DNA of 64,000 nucleotides from Polaromonas sp. (lineage in GTDB: Bacteria > Pseudomonadota > Gammaproteobacteria > Burkholderiales > Burkholderiaceae_C), in the NCBI GenBank assembly GCA_031367325.1, contig JANLPQ010000056.1, forward strand, positions 2,743 to 66,742, written 5' to 3'. Shown here piece by piece: positions 63,160 to 64,000 of the stretch. The position numbers were made by a program, and so were the translations under genes. The notes beneath the pieces were generated by a model that saw only the letters and a list, made by a program, of their open reading frames with translations, was not told where the DNA came from and ran no database searches. How positions within the stretch are numbered: position 1 is the stretch's first letter; every line of letters begins with the position of its first letter.

Positions 63160-64000
63160 TCAAAACGCGGTATCAGCCCATATTTTCATATTGCGTCTAG
63201 GGCCTTGCCACACGTTGTCTGCGCCTGTCAATGACCTGACGTATCGCTTATCCGTTACGTTTTCAATAACAGCCCCCCAACTTATGCCGCCGTTATTGGC
63301 TGTTGATGTTATGCCCAGACCTAAAATGCCGTAGCCTGGTGACCGAAAGCTGGCCTTGTCGTCGCCGGGGCGGCTGGTGGCTGCCTGAAGGCGTGCCCAG
63401 GTGGTAAGCCCTGCGCTAATAGGCCAGCTGGCTTTGATGCTGCCATAACCGTCGGGGCTACCTGTTAAAAAACCGCCTTGTGTGCTGCTCACGCGGTCTT
63501 GCACGCGTGCATGTAATCGGGTTAATGCGGCCTGCCAATGCACACTGGCCCATTGAAAGTCAGCTCTGGCTTCAAAGCCCTTGGACCGGTTGCTACCTAT
63601 TAGCACCAGCGCATCCGGGTCCTTAGGGTCTTTGGCGGGCAGGTTAGATTGTTGCAAATCAAACAAAGCTAGCGAAAAACTTTGCTTGTCTTTTGTATAA
63701 AGCCATCCTAACTCGTACTGCGAGCTAACGCTTGGTGGCAAAAACGCGCCGCCAGACAGCTTGCCACGGTTAGGCAGAAAAGACTCTGCGCGACTGGACC
63801 ACACGCGTTGGGTGTCGCTGAGCTGATAACCTAAACCCACTGATGTGCTGGCGTGGCCCGCGTCGGCTGCCGGGGCGGGCGCTAGGCTTGGGCTAGTACT
63901 GCTGGCTAGCAGGTAGTTACTGCGGCGTAGGCCTAAGCGCAGTTCCCAGCCACCTAGTCGCGCAGTATCAGCAAGAGCGATACCGCGTTCACGGTAATGC
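63160..64000 (-). CDS. TonB-dependent receptor (partial; C-terminal part, continues beyond the window)
   Basis: The frame stays open from 63160 to the window edge; I checked that no stop triplet occurs in 63841-64000. Beta-barrel-type sequence ending in the terminal aromatic ...KIWADTAF. Confidence 0.8.
   Translation of the reverse strand, partial: HYRERGIALADTARLGGWELRLGLRRSNYLLASSTSPSLAPAPAADAGHASTSVGLGYQLSDTQRVWSSRAESFLPNRGKLSGGAFLPPSVSSQYELGWLYTKDKQSFSLALFDLQQSNLPAKDPKDPDALVLIGSNRSKGFEARADFQWASVHWQAALTRLHARVQDRVSSTQGGFLTGSPDGYGSIKASWPISAGLTTWARLQAATSRPGDDKASFRSPGYGILGLGITSTANNGGISWGAVIENVTDKRYVRSLTGADNVWQGPRRNMKIWADTAF

Overview
Chromosomal window from a beta-proteobacterium, probably Burkholderiales/Comamonadaceae judging by L7/L12, RpoB/C and gene order. 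It splits into four parts. (i) 1-28.7 kb is conserved core: rplJ-rplL-rpoB-rpoC, uvrA, MFS-ssb, ubiA, LysR plus an oxidoreductase, pyrF, a DUF1800/DUF1501 pair, LemA, rsmB-DUF4390-NtrY-like kinase-short NtrX-like regulator, and tRNA-Phe. (ii) 28.75-48.06 kb looks like two tandem insertions at the 3' end of tRNA-Phe, with no integrase, delimited by decayed copies of the tRNA 3' end. The first is a 16.8 kb, visibly lower-GC catabolic island next to a LacI regulator. It has 13 co-directional genes: a sugar-type ABC importer, two GMC flavoenzymes, SDR, DUF993, UPF0303, Gfo/Idh/MocA, CoA-transferase, enoyl-CoA hydratase and aldehyde dehydrogenase. The second is a 2.5 kb AbiEi/AbiEii cassette. (iii) 48.1-55.5 kb is core again: ompW, GDSL hydrolase, dacB, thioesterase, fur, bamE, dapB, exbBD-like. 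(iv) 55.5-64 kb is accessory. It holds vapBC, then three orphan lipoproteins and one secreted protein around a winged-helix/TPR-like regulator. All three lipoprotein genes have the same TTGACAC-N2-TTGACAC direct repeat 83-90 nt upstream of the start codon. A periplasmic GH3-like enzyme and a partial TonB-dependent receptor follow. A 40-60 nt dual-palindrome repeat family occurs at least six times, once in frame inside ubiA. I saw no rRNA, CRISPR array, transposase or integrase gene. All family assignments come from motif recognition by eye; no database search was run.
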